Part shown: in pieces, positions 1 through 11,414 of the stretch | How the letters are laid out: each line of letters begins with the position of its first letter | Numbering within the stretch: the first letter of the stretch is position 1 | Assembly: GCF_963506605.1 (NCBI RefSeq) | Contig: NC_083288.1 | Span: 30,132,001-30,196,000 of the forward strand | Source: Zootoca vivipara | Taxonomy: Eukaryota | Length of the DNA: 64,000 nucleotides | Direction of reading: 5' to 3' | Program-made: the position numbers and the translations under genes | Notes under the pieces: model-generated | What the model was told of the DNA's origin: nothing | The model's input: only the letters and a program-made list of their open reading frames with translations | The model's database searches: none

Positions 1-2399
1 ATTAACAAGAGAATAAAACATTGTCATAGGCATAGAACATATCTGCTGCTGTTGCTGCCAGTCCTGCCTCTACATCTCTCAAATGTGTGCAGAATGGTGT
101 GAGATTATCTCTCTACACCCTTCACTTACAGTTATGCATTCAATGGAACATCAGACAGGGAAACCTATGTTCACACATTTATATGTGTGTAAGAGCTCAC
201 CACACAGTTGTTGGCCCCAATCATGAAGGGTTTTGATTAAGGTGCAGCGACTACATGCACAAAACTACATGCTTCTCTTCTGGTGTTTGGGTTGGACATG
301 CAGATGTCAGGGAGAAGGATGGAAGATATGCACAGAAGTTACTCATTGTAGGGGTGTGGAACAGATGTAGTTTAAAAGGGAGCCCAAAGAAGAAAGTTTG
401 AGAACCACTGCTTTAGTTCAATAGTCCTAATGAAATAATGAATGGTCATGGCTAAAATGGTTAAAGGAGAATACTGGTTCAACAGCAATTCTGCAGAGGG
501 GGAGGGGATCTGCATTCTCCATGAAGCCTAACCTACCTTGCAGGCCTTTTCTAAGAATAAGGTGGAGTAATCCACCTCCCCCATTGTCCCCATTGGGATA
601 GACGGAAAACAGTGCAACTGGGCAACCCTAGGTTTCTTTCTAAAACTTATGCAACAGAGTGCAGCATAGGAAATGACCTGCCTCCATGAGGCAGAGAGAT
701 GTCACCTTTCTCCAACCCTGCCGACAAACTGATTTGGATGCACTGGCTCCAGTTTCCATCCTCAGATACACTATATCATTTTTACAGCAATTTTCATGGG
801 GGCGGGGGGCGGGGAGAAATTTGTACCATTTTAGCTCAGACCTACACAGGAGTAAGGGAACAGTAGCGCAGGAGGAGGAACAAAACAACTACTCTCACCC
901 TTGTTTGAAGCATATCACAAGGTGTGCTTCCACATGGCAGTTTATTGTGGACTTGGTGCTGCTCATGCTCAGAAAGTTCTCACATCATCCACACAATTTT
1001 GTCATCATCAAAATTCCAGCCTATACTTTTTCTTCCTTTAACCTGGATTATCTGCGCTAAGGTCTAAAAAAAAAACAACTCACCGTGCATATGCTTTCAA
1101 TGCTGGTGTGGAAACTCCTAAGCACATTTTTGTTGTGAAGGAAATGAATGGGCTGTTTTTCAGCTGGGTGGTGACTTTTCAGTAAGCAGCCTTTATTCCC
1201 ACAACCCCACTTCAATTGGCTTCTTTCATGAACAGTTTTCAAAAGATATGTAATCGTGAAAATCAATGCTTGGGGCTGCTTGCTCTGATCACAGAGCTGG
1301 CTCTGTGCTATGTGATCTGCCCTGGAGCTCCTAAGAGCTAGTCTACCACCCTATTGTGTAGTAAGATTCTGTCCTATCCTCAGTCATTTAGTGGGGGGTA
1401 GAGTTGGGTTTCAATGTGGTACCGTAGGGGATTTCGTTTTGGTTGTTGCTGTTACAGGAATGATAAAATATTCATGCCATCATTTATAACCTGGTTTATG
1501 CACTGCCTTTTTAGCCACAGTTCTCATTAAATGTGGTGCACCAGAATTCACAAATATGAAACATACTGGGTTGGATCCATATTTAGTCCTACTTGCAGGA
1601 GACCTGCTGAAATCAATGGTTCTATTCCAAATGTCACCGTCTGGACCCAGCCTCACAAAATGATGATCCAGTTAGAAAGAAACTAGACATTTTAAAAAAG
1701 TAGAGCAGTGCAATGATGGCTTCATTGTTTCAAGTATGTATGGATTAGACCCCTTGAAAACTGATAGATGACCAAAAGACAAAACAAATTGGCAAACACG
1801 TAGAGATTACATAAAAATAATAGGAAATTGCTGAACCCCTTACATCAATTTGAAATACCTTTAATTGGGAGATTCGGTTTCCCCTCCAGCTGTTTTAAGG
1901 TAAGATACAGTTCATATGTGATAGCCCATGCATCTTCTTTCAATCTTTCTGCTAAACTTACCACTGAATATGTAGCTGTTTTCCCCATTTTAAAAAGGTT
2001 GCATATGTGAGAATAATGGTCACTAAAGGTTGCATCAGGTATTACTGCCAGCAGTCATGGCAGGGAGAGTTATTTTAAGCCTGTTTTGCCGTCTTGAGAT
2101 CTTACTCCCCAGAGTAAGCACAACTGATCACACTCCTCAGGTACATGTTGGTAGTACTTTGTAGCAGACACAAAGAAATAGCAGATACAACATGTACTTC
2201 AGTGCATGAAAAATGATCACACATGTGGTGAAATCCATGGCTAATTTATTTCACAATATTCAAATACTGTATCCATTTATAGATAGAGATAGATTTCCAT
2301 AGCAATCCATGTTGAATTGTGGTATTGCATTATACATAGGGCTGCCCTTCAGAAGCCTCAGTTAACGCAGAAACTGTCTGCAGTATTTATAACTGAAGT

Positions 2400-2616
2400 G
2401 GTATGACGGATAGTGACACCCCCAACCTTTTTGGAGTCTTAATGCTTTGAAACCCTCCAATGTAGCCTCAAGTTGTATTTATGTGTAAATAAAGCATATA
2501 TCATAAAGACACCACAGTCTCTGTTGTCCCTCATTCCAAAGGAAACACAAACCTTGGGTAAATTTCTGGAACCCCTGGAATCTCACACCACCCAGAGATT
2601 GGAGTGGCAAGCAAAA
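2400..2616 (+). mobile_element. LTR 3' fragment (probable ERV/Gypsy LTR remnant)
   Basis: AATAAA at about 2488 followed by a U5-like segment. It interrupts homology with the 6840 region; the family is recalled only. Confidence 0.4.
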
Positions 2617-2867
2617 ATATAATAAAATTGATATTTATTTTGGGGACATACATTTTATCCTTTTGAACTTTCATTTTCTCACTAAAGGCATTGGAAATAG
2701 TATTTGCTGATACAGTTATATCTAATTGTACTCTACTTGTATCAGTAGCAAGTAAAAAACATTGTTTGAGAGGAGATGGGTGAAGAGGATGAATAAATGG
2801 CAATGAATAGTATGAAGAATAAGGTGAATAAATTGTAAGACTATTTGCATTGCAGAGTGAGGATCAC

Positions 2868-3045
2868 AGGAAGTTACTTTACAGTGAATCAGCCCATTGT
2901 TCCATTTAACTCAGTATTGTTGACACTGATTGGTAGTGGCTCCTTATAGCTTCAGATATGGAATCTTTCATTCCTCTACCTGAAGATGCCAGGAAACTTC
3001 TACAGCAGGAACTTCCTACATGCAAAGCAAATGTCCACCCCAAGG
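2868..3045 (-). mobile_element. Old tRNA-derived SINE (Squam2-like)
   Basis: ggaag...tccatttaactcagtattgt...ctacctgaagatgccagg...catgcaaagca. A same-position copy lies downstream of OR14-b. Confidence 0.55.
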
Positions 3046-3115
3046 TTCTAGTGCTAGGTTAAAAATTGTATACCCAAAGATTCACATTGAATATACAATC
3101 CCATTTTTAAAAACC

Positions 3116-4054
3116 TCAAAATATATTTTTAGAAGAATGCCGATAATCTAAGAGTTTCCACATAGCAATTTTTATTTCTTTGTTTCTCATACTGTAGATG
3201 AATGGATTCAGTGTGGGAGGAATGATGGTATAGACCACAGCAAAAGCTATGTCCACATTAGAAGCAGCATCTGTGGGGGGCTTTGCATAAGCAAATACTC
3301 CAGTGAACATAAACACAGAGACAACCATGAGGTGGGGAAGGCAAGTAGAAAGGGCCTTTTTCTGACCATGAACAGAAGGGATTCTACGCACTGTAGAAAA
3401 GATTTGAACGTATGTTATGATGATGAAAATGAAACAACCGAGCCCTATACTCCATCCTAGCACAAGAAACCCAACTTCAACTAAGTAAAAGTCTGTGCAG
3501 GAAAGCTTCAGTAACCTTGGGATTTCACAGAAGAATTGATTGACAGCATTTGAACAGAAGGTGTTTGCAAAGGTGCAACCAGCATGTAAAGTGGCATTAA
3601 GGAGGCTGATAATCCATACAATGGCTACCATCCGCATACAGGCTCCTCTGTTCATAATTAACTCATATTGGAGTGGGTTGCAAATAGCAACGTAGCGGTC
3701 ATGTGCCATTATAGTTAGGAGGGCAAGATCTGATGTTCCAAAAAAATATGAAAAAAAGACTTGAGCAATGCATCCAGAATAAGACATGAACCTACTGTTT
3801 AAAAGGGAAACGGCCATCGATTTGGGTACCATGACAGAAATTGTTCCAAGGTCCATCATGGCCAAATTCATGAGAAAGAAGTACATGGGGGTGTGGAGGT
3901 GGTGATCGCAGACAACTACTACAATAATGAGAAAATTCCCCATTATTGCCATCAAGTACAACACCAGGAAAACAAAAAAATGCAAGATCTGTAGTTCTCG
4001 GATGTCTGAGAATCCCAACAGCAGAAATGTAGACATGGAGGTAAGATTGGACAT
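3116..4054 (-). CDS. Olfactory receptor, family 14-like (OR14-a), 312 aa, intact
   Basis: OR motifs LHTPMYFFL, MAHDRYVAICNPL, KALSTC, PPTLNPFIYSMRN. The ORF track starts at GTG 4063; the first ATG is at 4054 (MSNLTS, with an N-glycosylation sequon). Confidence 0.95.
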   Translation of the reverse strand: MSNLTSMSTFLLLGFSDIRELQILHFFVFLVLYLMAIMGNFLIIVVVVCDHHLHTPMYFFLMNLAMMDLGTISVMVPKSMAVSLLNSRFMSYSGCIAQVFFSYFFGTSDLALLTIMAHDRYVAICNPLQYELIMNRGACMRMVAIVWIISLLNATLHAGCTFANTFCSNAVNQFFCEIPRLLKLSCTDFYLVEVGFLVLGWSIGLGCFIFIIITYVQIFSTVRRIPSVHGQKKALSTCLPHLMVVSVFMFTGVFAYAKPPTDAASNVDIAFAVVYTIIPPTLNPFIYSMRNKEIKIAMWKLLDYRHSSKNIF

Positions 4055-5132
4055 TTTATTCACAGGACGTCTTCACACATTACGGTAACTGTACAAGGAA
4101 GAAGATAGGATTGTTTGCGTACCAATATTGATCAATCAGCTTAATTTAAACACAGTTCCTTTAAACAATCAAATCCGCCATACATTCTATGCTTTCCTCC
4201 TCAGTATTGTCACTGAAAATTCACTGCCCACAAATTCCCATCCCCACCCTCTTGCACATATTTCAAATGTGTGCATGATGTGGGGAAGCTAGCATAGCCT
4301 TCAAGTGTCGCAATTTTCCCAGGACACTCCTGGAATTACAGAAGCCATTTTGGCTTCTTGTTTTATCCAGGATTGTCCCAATTCCTCCCGCCAATCACTG
4401 ATTTGCAACTTGCATTGTGAGCTTCTTCCAGAGCAGTTTTGTTTACACAGAATGATCTGCAGGTCCTTGCATGTGACCTATACAATATTAAGAGTCTGCT
4501 CCTGAGTCTGGCAATGGCTTGCAGCAGCAACTGGGTAAGAACTGGAACTGGAGGTCGTATAAACTGACTGTTATCACTATGCACACATGCACATGCTTTT
4601 AATTTGGGATACTTTGCAGCAGGCCTGCACAAGTTGGGTAACCTCAGTAAATTGAAGACAGCACACTTAGTATGAACAGAGGCTCCCTAAAGGTTTTGTA
4701 GGCTGGTTTCTGCTTGGGACTGCAAAAATAAGGGGTGGGAAACTCAAATATTTCACTGTTAATTTTCTGGCTTATTATATCCATGAGCTCATACCCTCCC
4801 TTTCTATTGACTTGTGCCTTGTCCTGTGTGTACACTCATTTATGCAAGCAGTGAAGACCGTTGTGTTTAATGCTACCTTTAACTGAGATCATAATTGGGT
4901 TTTACTTCTTCTTAAAGTATGTTGTATATTTGCTCATGTACCGGTAGCTATTCTACCTTCATATCTTGCCTTGCTCTTGTTTGTATGTCATATTTTGAGG
5001 GCATGGTCCTAAACAGCTTCTAAGAATACAATAAATTAATAGAGGGCAAGGCACCTTGTACACACAGCCCTAACCTCCCAACCTCACTGCCACTTCCCCA
5101 ACCCCCAGCATTTGCTGCCTGAGGTGGTCACT

Positions 5133-5347
5133 TAGGGTTGCCAGACTCAATAGAGGACAGGACTTCTGTGCCTTTAATTGCCCTGCTCTCTTTTGAGTTT
5201 GGAAACCTTAAAGAGAAACCAGCAGACTCTTTGCTTGGAAATTAAACAAAGGGTCTGCTGGTTTCTCTTTAAGGTTTCCAGACTCAAAAGAGAGCAGGGC
5301 AATTAAAGGCACAGAAGTCCTGTCCTCTATTGAGTCTGGCAACCCTA
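5133..5347. mobile_element. Fold-back hAT MITE
   Basis: 101-bp arms (2 mismatches) starting TAGGGTTGCCA, 13-nt loop, 8-bp TSD tggtcact/cggtcact. Confidence 0.9.
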
Positions 5348-5946
5348 CGGTCACTTGACTTGGCCTAATGGGCATGTGGGTTAGGGAGGAATGATACTGA
5401 TGTAGAATAGAATGTCCCTATTTTCATGTGAGGAATGTTGGAGGGTATAGGCTATATCCCCACAATCCTTCTAACATCTGTGCATTTGATGGAACATCCA
5501 AAGAAGAAGCCTATATGCACATACTGTACATGTACATAAGAACTCACCACACAGTATTGGTTTTGCTGTTATTACTGCCACATGAATAATAAAATACTTA
5601 TATCAACTTTCATCACTTGCTTTGTGCACTTCCATTTTTGTCATAATTTCCCTTTCAATGTGGTGTACCAGATTTCGCAATTATACAACTATGATCAAAC
5701 ATATTGGGCTTGGGCTGGACTCACATCTAGGCATATACTTGCAACAGACCCTCTGCAATCAATGGGTCTACTAATAGCATCACCAAGTCTGGATTTAATT
5801 GAACAAAATTATAATCCAGTTAGAAATTATAATCCAGTTAGGAAAAGCTGGCAAGCAATTGAAATACCTTCAATTGTAAGATTCATAGCAGATGATATGC
5901 TTCAGATGCGAAATCTCATGCACCTTCTCAGCCAAGCACTTTCAAC

Positions 5947-6130
5947 CTTACCTTGGCACTCATGCCCAAACATGTAACCGAGTAATTTCCCCCCTTTTAA
6001 AAGATAGCATATTTAAAGGAAATAGTCACTAAATGTAGCATCAGCTTGTTAGTGCCAGCAGGCAAGGGAGGAAGTGTTAGTTAATTCTGTATAGGTATCT
6101 TGGGATCCTACTCCCAAGAATGCAGCAGAG
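5947..6130 (-). promoter_or_regulatory. Putative OR14-a promoter and exon 1 (second promoter type)
   Basis: Homologous to 1957-2120. Donor cttacc at 5947; paired O/E-like sites TCTTGGGA / CTCCCAAGA at about 6098-6119. Confidence 0.45.
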
Positions 6131-6309
6131 CTGAACTGAATCCTCAAGGCAATTTTGCTGCTTCGACTTTGGTAGCAGAAATGAACAACAACAACAACAA
6201 CAACAGATACAACATGTGCTTCAGTAAATGAAAAATGATCACTCTATGGCTATTTATTTAGTTATATCCAAATACTGCAGCCATTTCAAGATAGAGACAG
6301 AAGAATAGT

Positions 6310-6545
6310 TTGGATTTGATATCCCACTTTATCCCTGCCCTAAGGAGTCTCAAAGCGGCTAACATTCTCCTTTCCCTTCCTCCCCCACAACAAACACTCT
6401 GTGAGGTGAGTGGGGCTGAGAGACTTCAAAGAAGTGTGACTAGCCCAAGGTCACCCAGCAGCTGCATGTGGAGGAGCGGAGACACGAACCCGGTTCCCCA
6501 GATTACAAATCCACAGCTCTTAACCACTACACCACACTGGCTCTC
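6310..6545 (-). mobile_element. tRNA-derived SINE (Squam3-like)
   Basis: Minus-strand head GAGAGCCAGTGTGGTGTAGTGGTTAAGAG (box A) and GGGTTCGTGTC (box B-like). Confidence 0.8.
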
Positions 6546-6594
6546 ACAAACTATCCATTTCCTGGTAAGATCCTGGCTGAATTCCTATATTATA

Positions 6595-6833
6595 CAGTCG
6601 TGCCTTGGGTTACAGCCGCTTCAGGTTGTGTCTTTTCGGGTTGCGCTCCCGGCTGAACTTGGAAGTATTTCCAGGTTTCGGTGTGCACACATGCACAGAA
6701 GTGCTAAATCATGCTTTGCACATGCGCAGAAGCGCCGAATCATGACCCACGCGTGCGCAGACGTGGGTTGTGAACACTGTGGGTGTGAGCGTGCCTTCTG
6801 CACAGATCACTTTCGCAACCCGAGCGCCCACTG
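6595..6833. mobile_element. Tigger/pogo-like MITE
   Basis: TA|CAGTCGTGCCTTGGGTTAC...CGCAACCCGAGCGCCCACTG|TA. An empty site is visible in the paralogous sequence at about 2331-2350. Confidence 0.8.
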
Positions 6834-6928
6834 TACATGGGGCTGCCCTTCAATATGACTCCTTTAGTGCAGAACCTGGCTGCAATAATTCTAACTGAAG
6901 AGAATTCTAACTACCATTCCATTTTTAT

Positions 6929-6970
6929 TGTTTGTTTGTTTGTTTGTTTGTTTGTTTGTTTGTTTGTTTG
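6929..6970. repeat. (GTTT)n microsatellite
   Basis: Direct reading. Confidence 0.95.
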
Positions 6971-7463
6971 CCCTCATGTTTTAAAGGGTCACATGCCTCT
7001 ATCTGCAGTACATTTCCAGACCTATCAGAAAAGATTGTTTCCATCCCCCAGTTTACTCCCTTCTAAATCATTTTTCCAGAATGTGGGGGAAATATTAAGT
7101 GGAGTAGGTCCTGAGAGACCATGGTTAAAATCAGTCATAAAACATACTGTGTGTCTTTGGGATAGTCATTGTCTCCCAGACTGTCCTATCTGACACGGTT
7201 GCTGTGGGAATAACCTCTGTTTATTGGTTTCATTTAACAAAGTTTATATACCACTTGATTGTAATAAAGCCTCCACATGGCTAACAAGAAATATATAAAT
7301 ATTAATAAAAACAGTTTAAAACAATTGAGCTCTCTTTTTTTAAGTCCTAAATTATGTGGCACCTGTAACATTGCCAGTTCCACAGACAAAAACAGTCAGA
7401 TGGGCATAAAAGGGGTATAGCAAGCCTACAACTAAACTGATCTCAAGCCTTCACAGTATAGTC

Positions 7464-7760
7464 CATGGGTAGGCAAACTAAGCCCCAGGGGCTGGATCCG
7501 GCCAAATCGCCTTCTAAATCTGGCCTGTGGATAGTCCAGGAATCAGCGTGTTTTTACATGAGTAGATTGTGTCCTTTTATTTAAAATGCATTTCTGGGTT
7601 ATTTGTGGGGCCTGCCTGGTGTTTTTACATGAGTGGAATGTGTGCTTTTCTTTAAAATGCATCTCTGGGTTATTTGTGGGGCATAGGAATTCGTTCATAT
7701 TTTTTCCCAAAATATAGTCCGGCCCCACCACAACCTGCTGAAAAGGTTTGCTGACCCCTG
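7464..7760. mobile_element. hAT MITE (same family as 49716-49966), with an internal duplication of about 70 bp
   Basis: CATGGGTAGGCAAAC...GTTTGCTGACCCCTG termini. Confidence 0.8.
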
Positions 7761-8334
7761 GACTATAGTACATGTGGAATGGCTATAAATGTATAAATTT
7801 AAATGTATAAATGAAAAGAGTGGAGATGCTAAAGATTTGTTGTGTTAATGTTCTGGTTGGTTGTAAATGTTATGCATATCTCTGTCATAATAGCCTATAA
7901 TGATATAAGATTATGCTTAGTAATTTCTGAATGTATAAATTTTATCACATTGCCACATGCCATCCCAATTTCAAAGTAGTGCAAGATTAATCTCCTCCCA
8001 GTCCTGCGCTGTGATGTGTGAAAATTTGCTCCGCACAAGTTTTATAATTTTGTAGAATGATCAAGTACAAAATGCCCCACAATGTCATGTTCTGTTCAGA
8101 ACATTTGGGGAAAATGATACATTTTATGTTCTTCAACTTTCTTTTTCTAAGCAAATGTTTACATCGAATATTTGTTAATATGGTTACATACATTGTTGTA
8201 TAAATGTATCGTTTGTAAGTGAAATACACTGCCTTGAAAAGATGGTGAAATCAATGCATGATCACGATGAATGATATGCAAAATAAGGTTGAGGAATTAT
8301 GGAATGATTTGTATCCCAAATTCAGGAACAGAAC

Positions 8335-8495
8335 AAGCTGGGTCACACTTATTTCACTGGATCCATTTAGTTCAGTATTGTCAGCACTGACTGGCAGTAA
8401 CCCTCTATGACTTCAGACATGGAATCATTCTCCCCCAGCCAGGAGATGCCAAGGGTAAAGGCAGGAACCTCCTGTATGGAAAGCAGATGGTCTAC
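8335..8495 (-). mobile_element. Old tRNA-derived SINE (Squam2-like), paralogous to 2868-3045
   Basis: ggatccatttagttcagtattgtcagcactgactggcag...ggagatgcc...ggaacctcctgtatggaaagcagatg. Confidence 0.55.
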
Positions 8496-8536
8496 AAAAA
8501 GTTATGTTGCTGGGTTAAAAATGGCATTGCCAAACT

Positions 8537-9502
8537 TTAACATATAGAAGAGTATACAACACAATTTTTATAGAACAGTTTCCACAAAGCAGTCTTAATT
8601 TCTTTGTTTCTCATACTGTAAATAAATGGATTTAATGTGGGAGGAATTATGGTATAAATCACAGCAAAAACTATATCTAGATCAGAAGAAGAATCAGTGG
8701 GAGGCCTCGCGTAGGCAAAGGCACCAGTGAACATAAGCAAAGAGACAACAGTGAGGTGGGGAATGCAAGTGGAGAGGGCTTTTTTCTGACCATCTAAAGA
8801 AGGTATTCTGAGCACTGTAGAAAAGATCTGCATGTATGTTATGATGATGAAAACAAAGCATCCTACTGATATAATAAAGGCTATCACAAGAACTCGAACT
8901 TCAACTAAGTAAAAGTCAGAGCAAGAGATCTTCAGTAATTTTGAGATTTCACAGAAGAACTGATTGACAGAATTAGCACAGAAGGTATTGCCAAAGGTGC
9001 TCCCAGTATGTACCACGGCAGCAAGAAAGCCTGTGATCCACCCAATGGCTACCATCCTTATACACGCTCCTTTGTGCATAATTGTCTCATATTGCAGTGG
9101 TCTGCAAATAGCAACATAACGGTCATGTGCCATTATAGTTAGGAGAGCAAAATCTGATATTCCAAAGAAATGTAAAAAGAAAACCTGAGCAACACATCCA
9201 AAATAAGAAATTAACCTGTTGTTGTAAAGGGAAATAGCCATTGACTTGGGCACCATCACTGAAACTGTTCCAAGATCCATGATGGCCAAATTCATTAGAA
9301 AGAGATACATAGGGGTGTGAAGGTGGTGATCAAAGACAATCACAATGACAATTAGAAGATTCCCTATTATTGCCATCAAGTACAAGGTTAGGAACACAAA
9401 TAAGTGCAAGATCTGTAGTTCTCGAATATCTGAGAATCCCAGCAGCAGAAATGCAGGCATGGAGGTAAGATTGTGCATTATGGTCACCGCACTTATCCAC
9501 AT
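8537..9502 (-). CDS. Olfactory receptor, family 14-like (OR14-b), intact
   Basis: LHTPMYLFL, MAHDRYVAICRPL, KALSTC, PPTLNPFIYSMRN. ATG at 9502 lies just after a splice acceptor (ttgtacag on minus, about 9509-9516); the paralog-equivalent ATG is at 9478. Confidence 0.95.
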   Translation of the reverse strand: MWISAVTIMHNLTSMPAFLLLGFSDIRELQILHLFVFLTLYLMAIIGNLLIVIVIVFDHHLHTPMYLFLMNLAIMDLGTVSVMVPKSMAISLYNNRLISYFGCVAQVFFLHFFGISDFALLTIMAHDRYVAICRPLQYETIMHKGACIRMVAIGWITGFLAAVVHTGSTFGNTFCANSVNQFFCEISKLLKISCSDFYLVEVRVLVIAFIISVGCFVFIIITYMQIFSTVLRIPSLDGQKKALSTCIPHLTVVSLLMFTGAFAYARPPTDSSSDLDIVFAVIYTIIPPTLNPFIYSMRNKEIKTALWKLFYKNCVVYSSIC

Positions 9503-9593
9503 GTTACCTGTACAAGTAAGAGAAAATGAGCATTAGTGTACAATTATTGATTCATCAATTTAATTTCAACTGAGCTCCTTTGATCTAGAAATC

Positions 9594-9829
9594 AAGAAGA
9601 AGAAGAAGAAGAAGAAGAAGAAGAAGAAGAAGAAGAAGAAGAAGAAGAAGAAGAAGAAGAAGAAGAAGAAGAGGAGCAACAAACACTCTGTGAGGTGAGT
9701 GGGGCTGAGAGACTTCAAAGAAGTGTGACCAGGGCCGTCTCAAGCAGGTCAGGCGCCCTGGTGCCGAGGCGCCGAGATCGCTACCGATTACGAGTCTACA
9801 GCTCTTAACCACTACACCACACTGGCTCC
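9594..9829 (-). mobile_element. Squam3-like SINE with (CTT)n tail and a replaced middle
   Basis: (AAG)n at 9594-9672. The body matches 6388-6545 except for 9730-9785. Confidence 0.75.
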
Positions 9830-10516
9830 ACACAAATCCACCAAATATTCCTTTGCATAGTCAGCAATCTTGTGATGAGCTCTTTGTCCCCTCTGTTTTC
9901 TCATCAGATAATCCCTGTCCACTTGTGCTCCCTACACCTCTTGCAAATGTGGGCAAGGTGTGGTGAGTCTATGCTCCCTAAAATTCTTCCCCTGGCATCT
10001 ATGTATTCGGTGAAGCACCAGAAAGGGGAGTTACATTTATATGTACATAGGAGCTCAACAATCTGTTGCTGACCCCAATTATGCAGGGTGCCAGATAAGG
10101 TGGACAGACTAAAGACACACAATGTACACAATATATTTTGACTGGGTGGAAGTCCTAGTTTAATCTGGATTAAAAAAACAACAACTGGTGCAAACATTTC
10201 TCCAGCCAGCTAATTTCCACAAATCTGCCTATGCCCTGTGAGCAATATACTGTTGGGAGACTGAAGTTAATCTGAGACCACTTCTTCCCTGGGTGGGTAG
10301 GTGGAATAACAATTTGCAGTATTCTTAGATTTGTCATGTTTCCAGTTTAAATGTACAAAGATACTTTAGTGTTACCACCTTATCTTCCGAGTCTGATTCT
10401 GATACGTTCCACAGATATAGAAATGCCGGTTAATGTAACATGCTTTGTTTTTTTCCCCTTTTCAATTTATTAACCTCAATGTCTGAGAAATCGTTTAGGT
10501 CAAAATGCAGTGTAAG

Positions 10517-10659
10517 CAGTGCATTTTTCTTAAAAAAAAATGTTTGGGTACTCTCATTTTCCTGCTCATATTGAAATACTGCCCCTCAAGGAGGCCAAAC
10601 TTAGATTCGCAAAATGTTTAGGGGTATGCGTACCCCCGCCCCCCCCAAAAAAAGCATGG
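10517..10659. mobile_element. hAT MITE
   Basis: CAGTGCATTTTT...AAAAAGCATGG with perfect 8-bp TSD agtgtaag. A single agtgtaag occurs at the paralogous site about 15590. Confidence 0.8.
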
Positions 10660-10784
10660 AGTGTAAGAGTAACATGCAGAAATATATAGGTGTGGTGATG
10701 AATAATGATGAGAAGAAATAAGGAGTTACAGTTTTCTCACCACAGGTACCGTTAAGTTCACAGCTTAAAAAAAAAGCCCAACCA

Positions 10785-11060
10785 CTTACCTATTCCTTTT
10801 AAAACAGTTTCAGCTTGGCTAAGTGAAGTTTTTCATTTCACTACTATAGGCCATGACTGGTCAGACATTCATTGAGACATCTGAGATGATTTCTTCTTCT
10901 TCTGGCACATGCCAGAATATTGTATAACAGATGTATTTATAAACCGGTTTTTAAAAGATGTGTGAGTTAGAAGGAACTTAATTGGATATGTGCTTTGGCG
11001 TGGCAAATTGCTCCCATGAGTCCAGAACAGTTTATCAGAACCAGAACTCCCCAATTATTG
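10785..11060 (-). promoter_or_regulatory. Putative OR14-b promoter and non-coding exon 1
   Basis: Block conserved upstream of OR14-b/c/d: O/E (Ebf)-like CTCCCATGAG 11011-11020, homeodomain TTAATTG 10978-10984, TATA-like about 10936-10943, donor GGTAAG (cttacc 10785-10790). Confidence 0.6.
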
Positions 11061-11414
11061 TTTTCTCTGTCTCTGTCACAAACATAAGCAACTAATATAT
11101 GTTCACTGTCTTGCAGAGGATTCCAGATCGCACTGCGTTTACAGAAAATTTTTCCATTTTGCCCCTTGCAGACCTATGTGCACATTGGAACATGAATATG
11201 TGGAGTTATCTGCATATCTACGAATCAATCCATACATGGGTTCCACAACAGTACTTAGGAAGATGTCAGATGACTGTCTTCTTTCTTTCCATGTCTTTTT
11301 TTAAAAAAAGTTTATTGGATTGCCTAGTAAATTACCCACCATACAGATAAAACTTATTGTTATAAAAGTTGGGTGCCTCCCTCTCTATCTCTGCTGAGCG
11401 GTGGCAGGAGCCCA

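Noticed and set aside
9585-9833. Poly-Leu ORF (also poly-Tyr 17066 and CV/TH-repeat ORFs about 25800-26030)
   Set aside because: Translations of microsatellites and SINEs.
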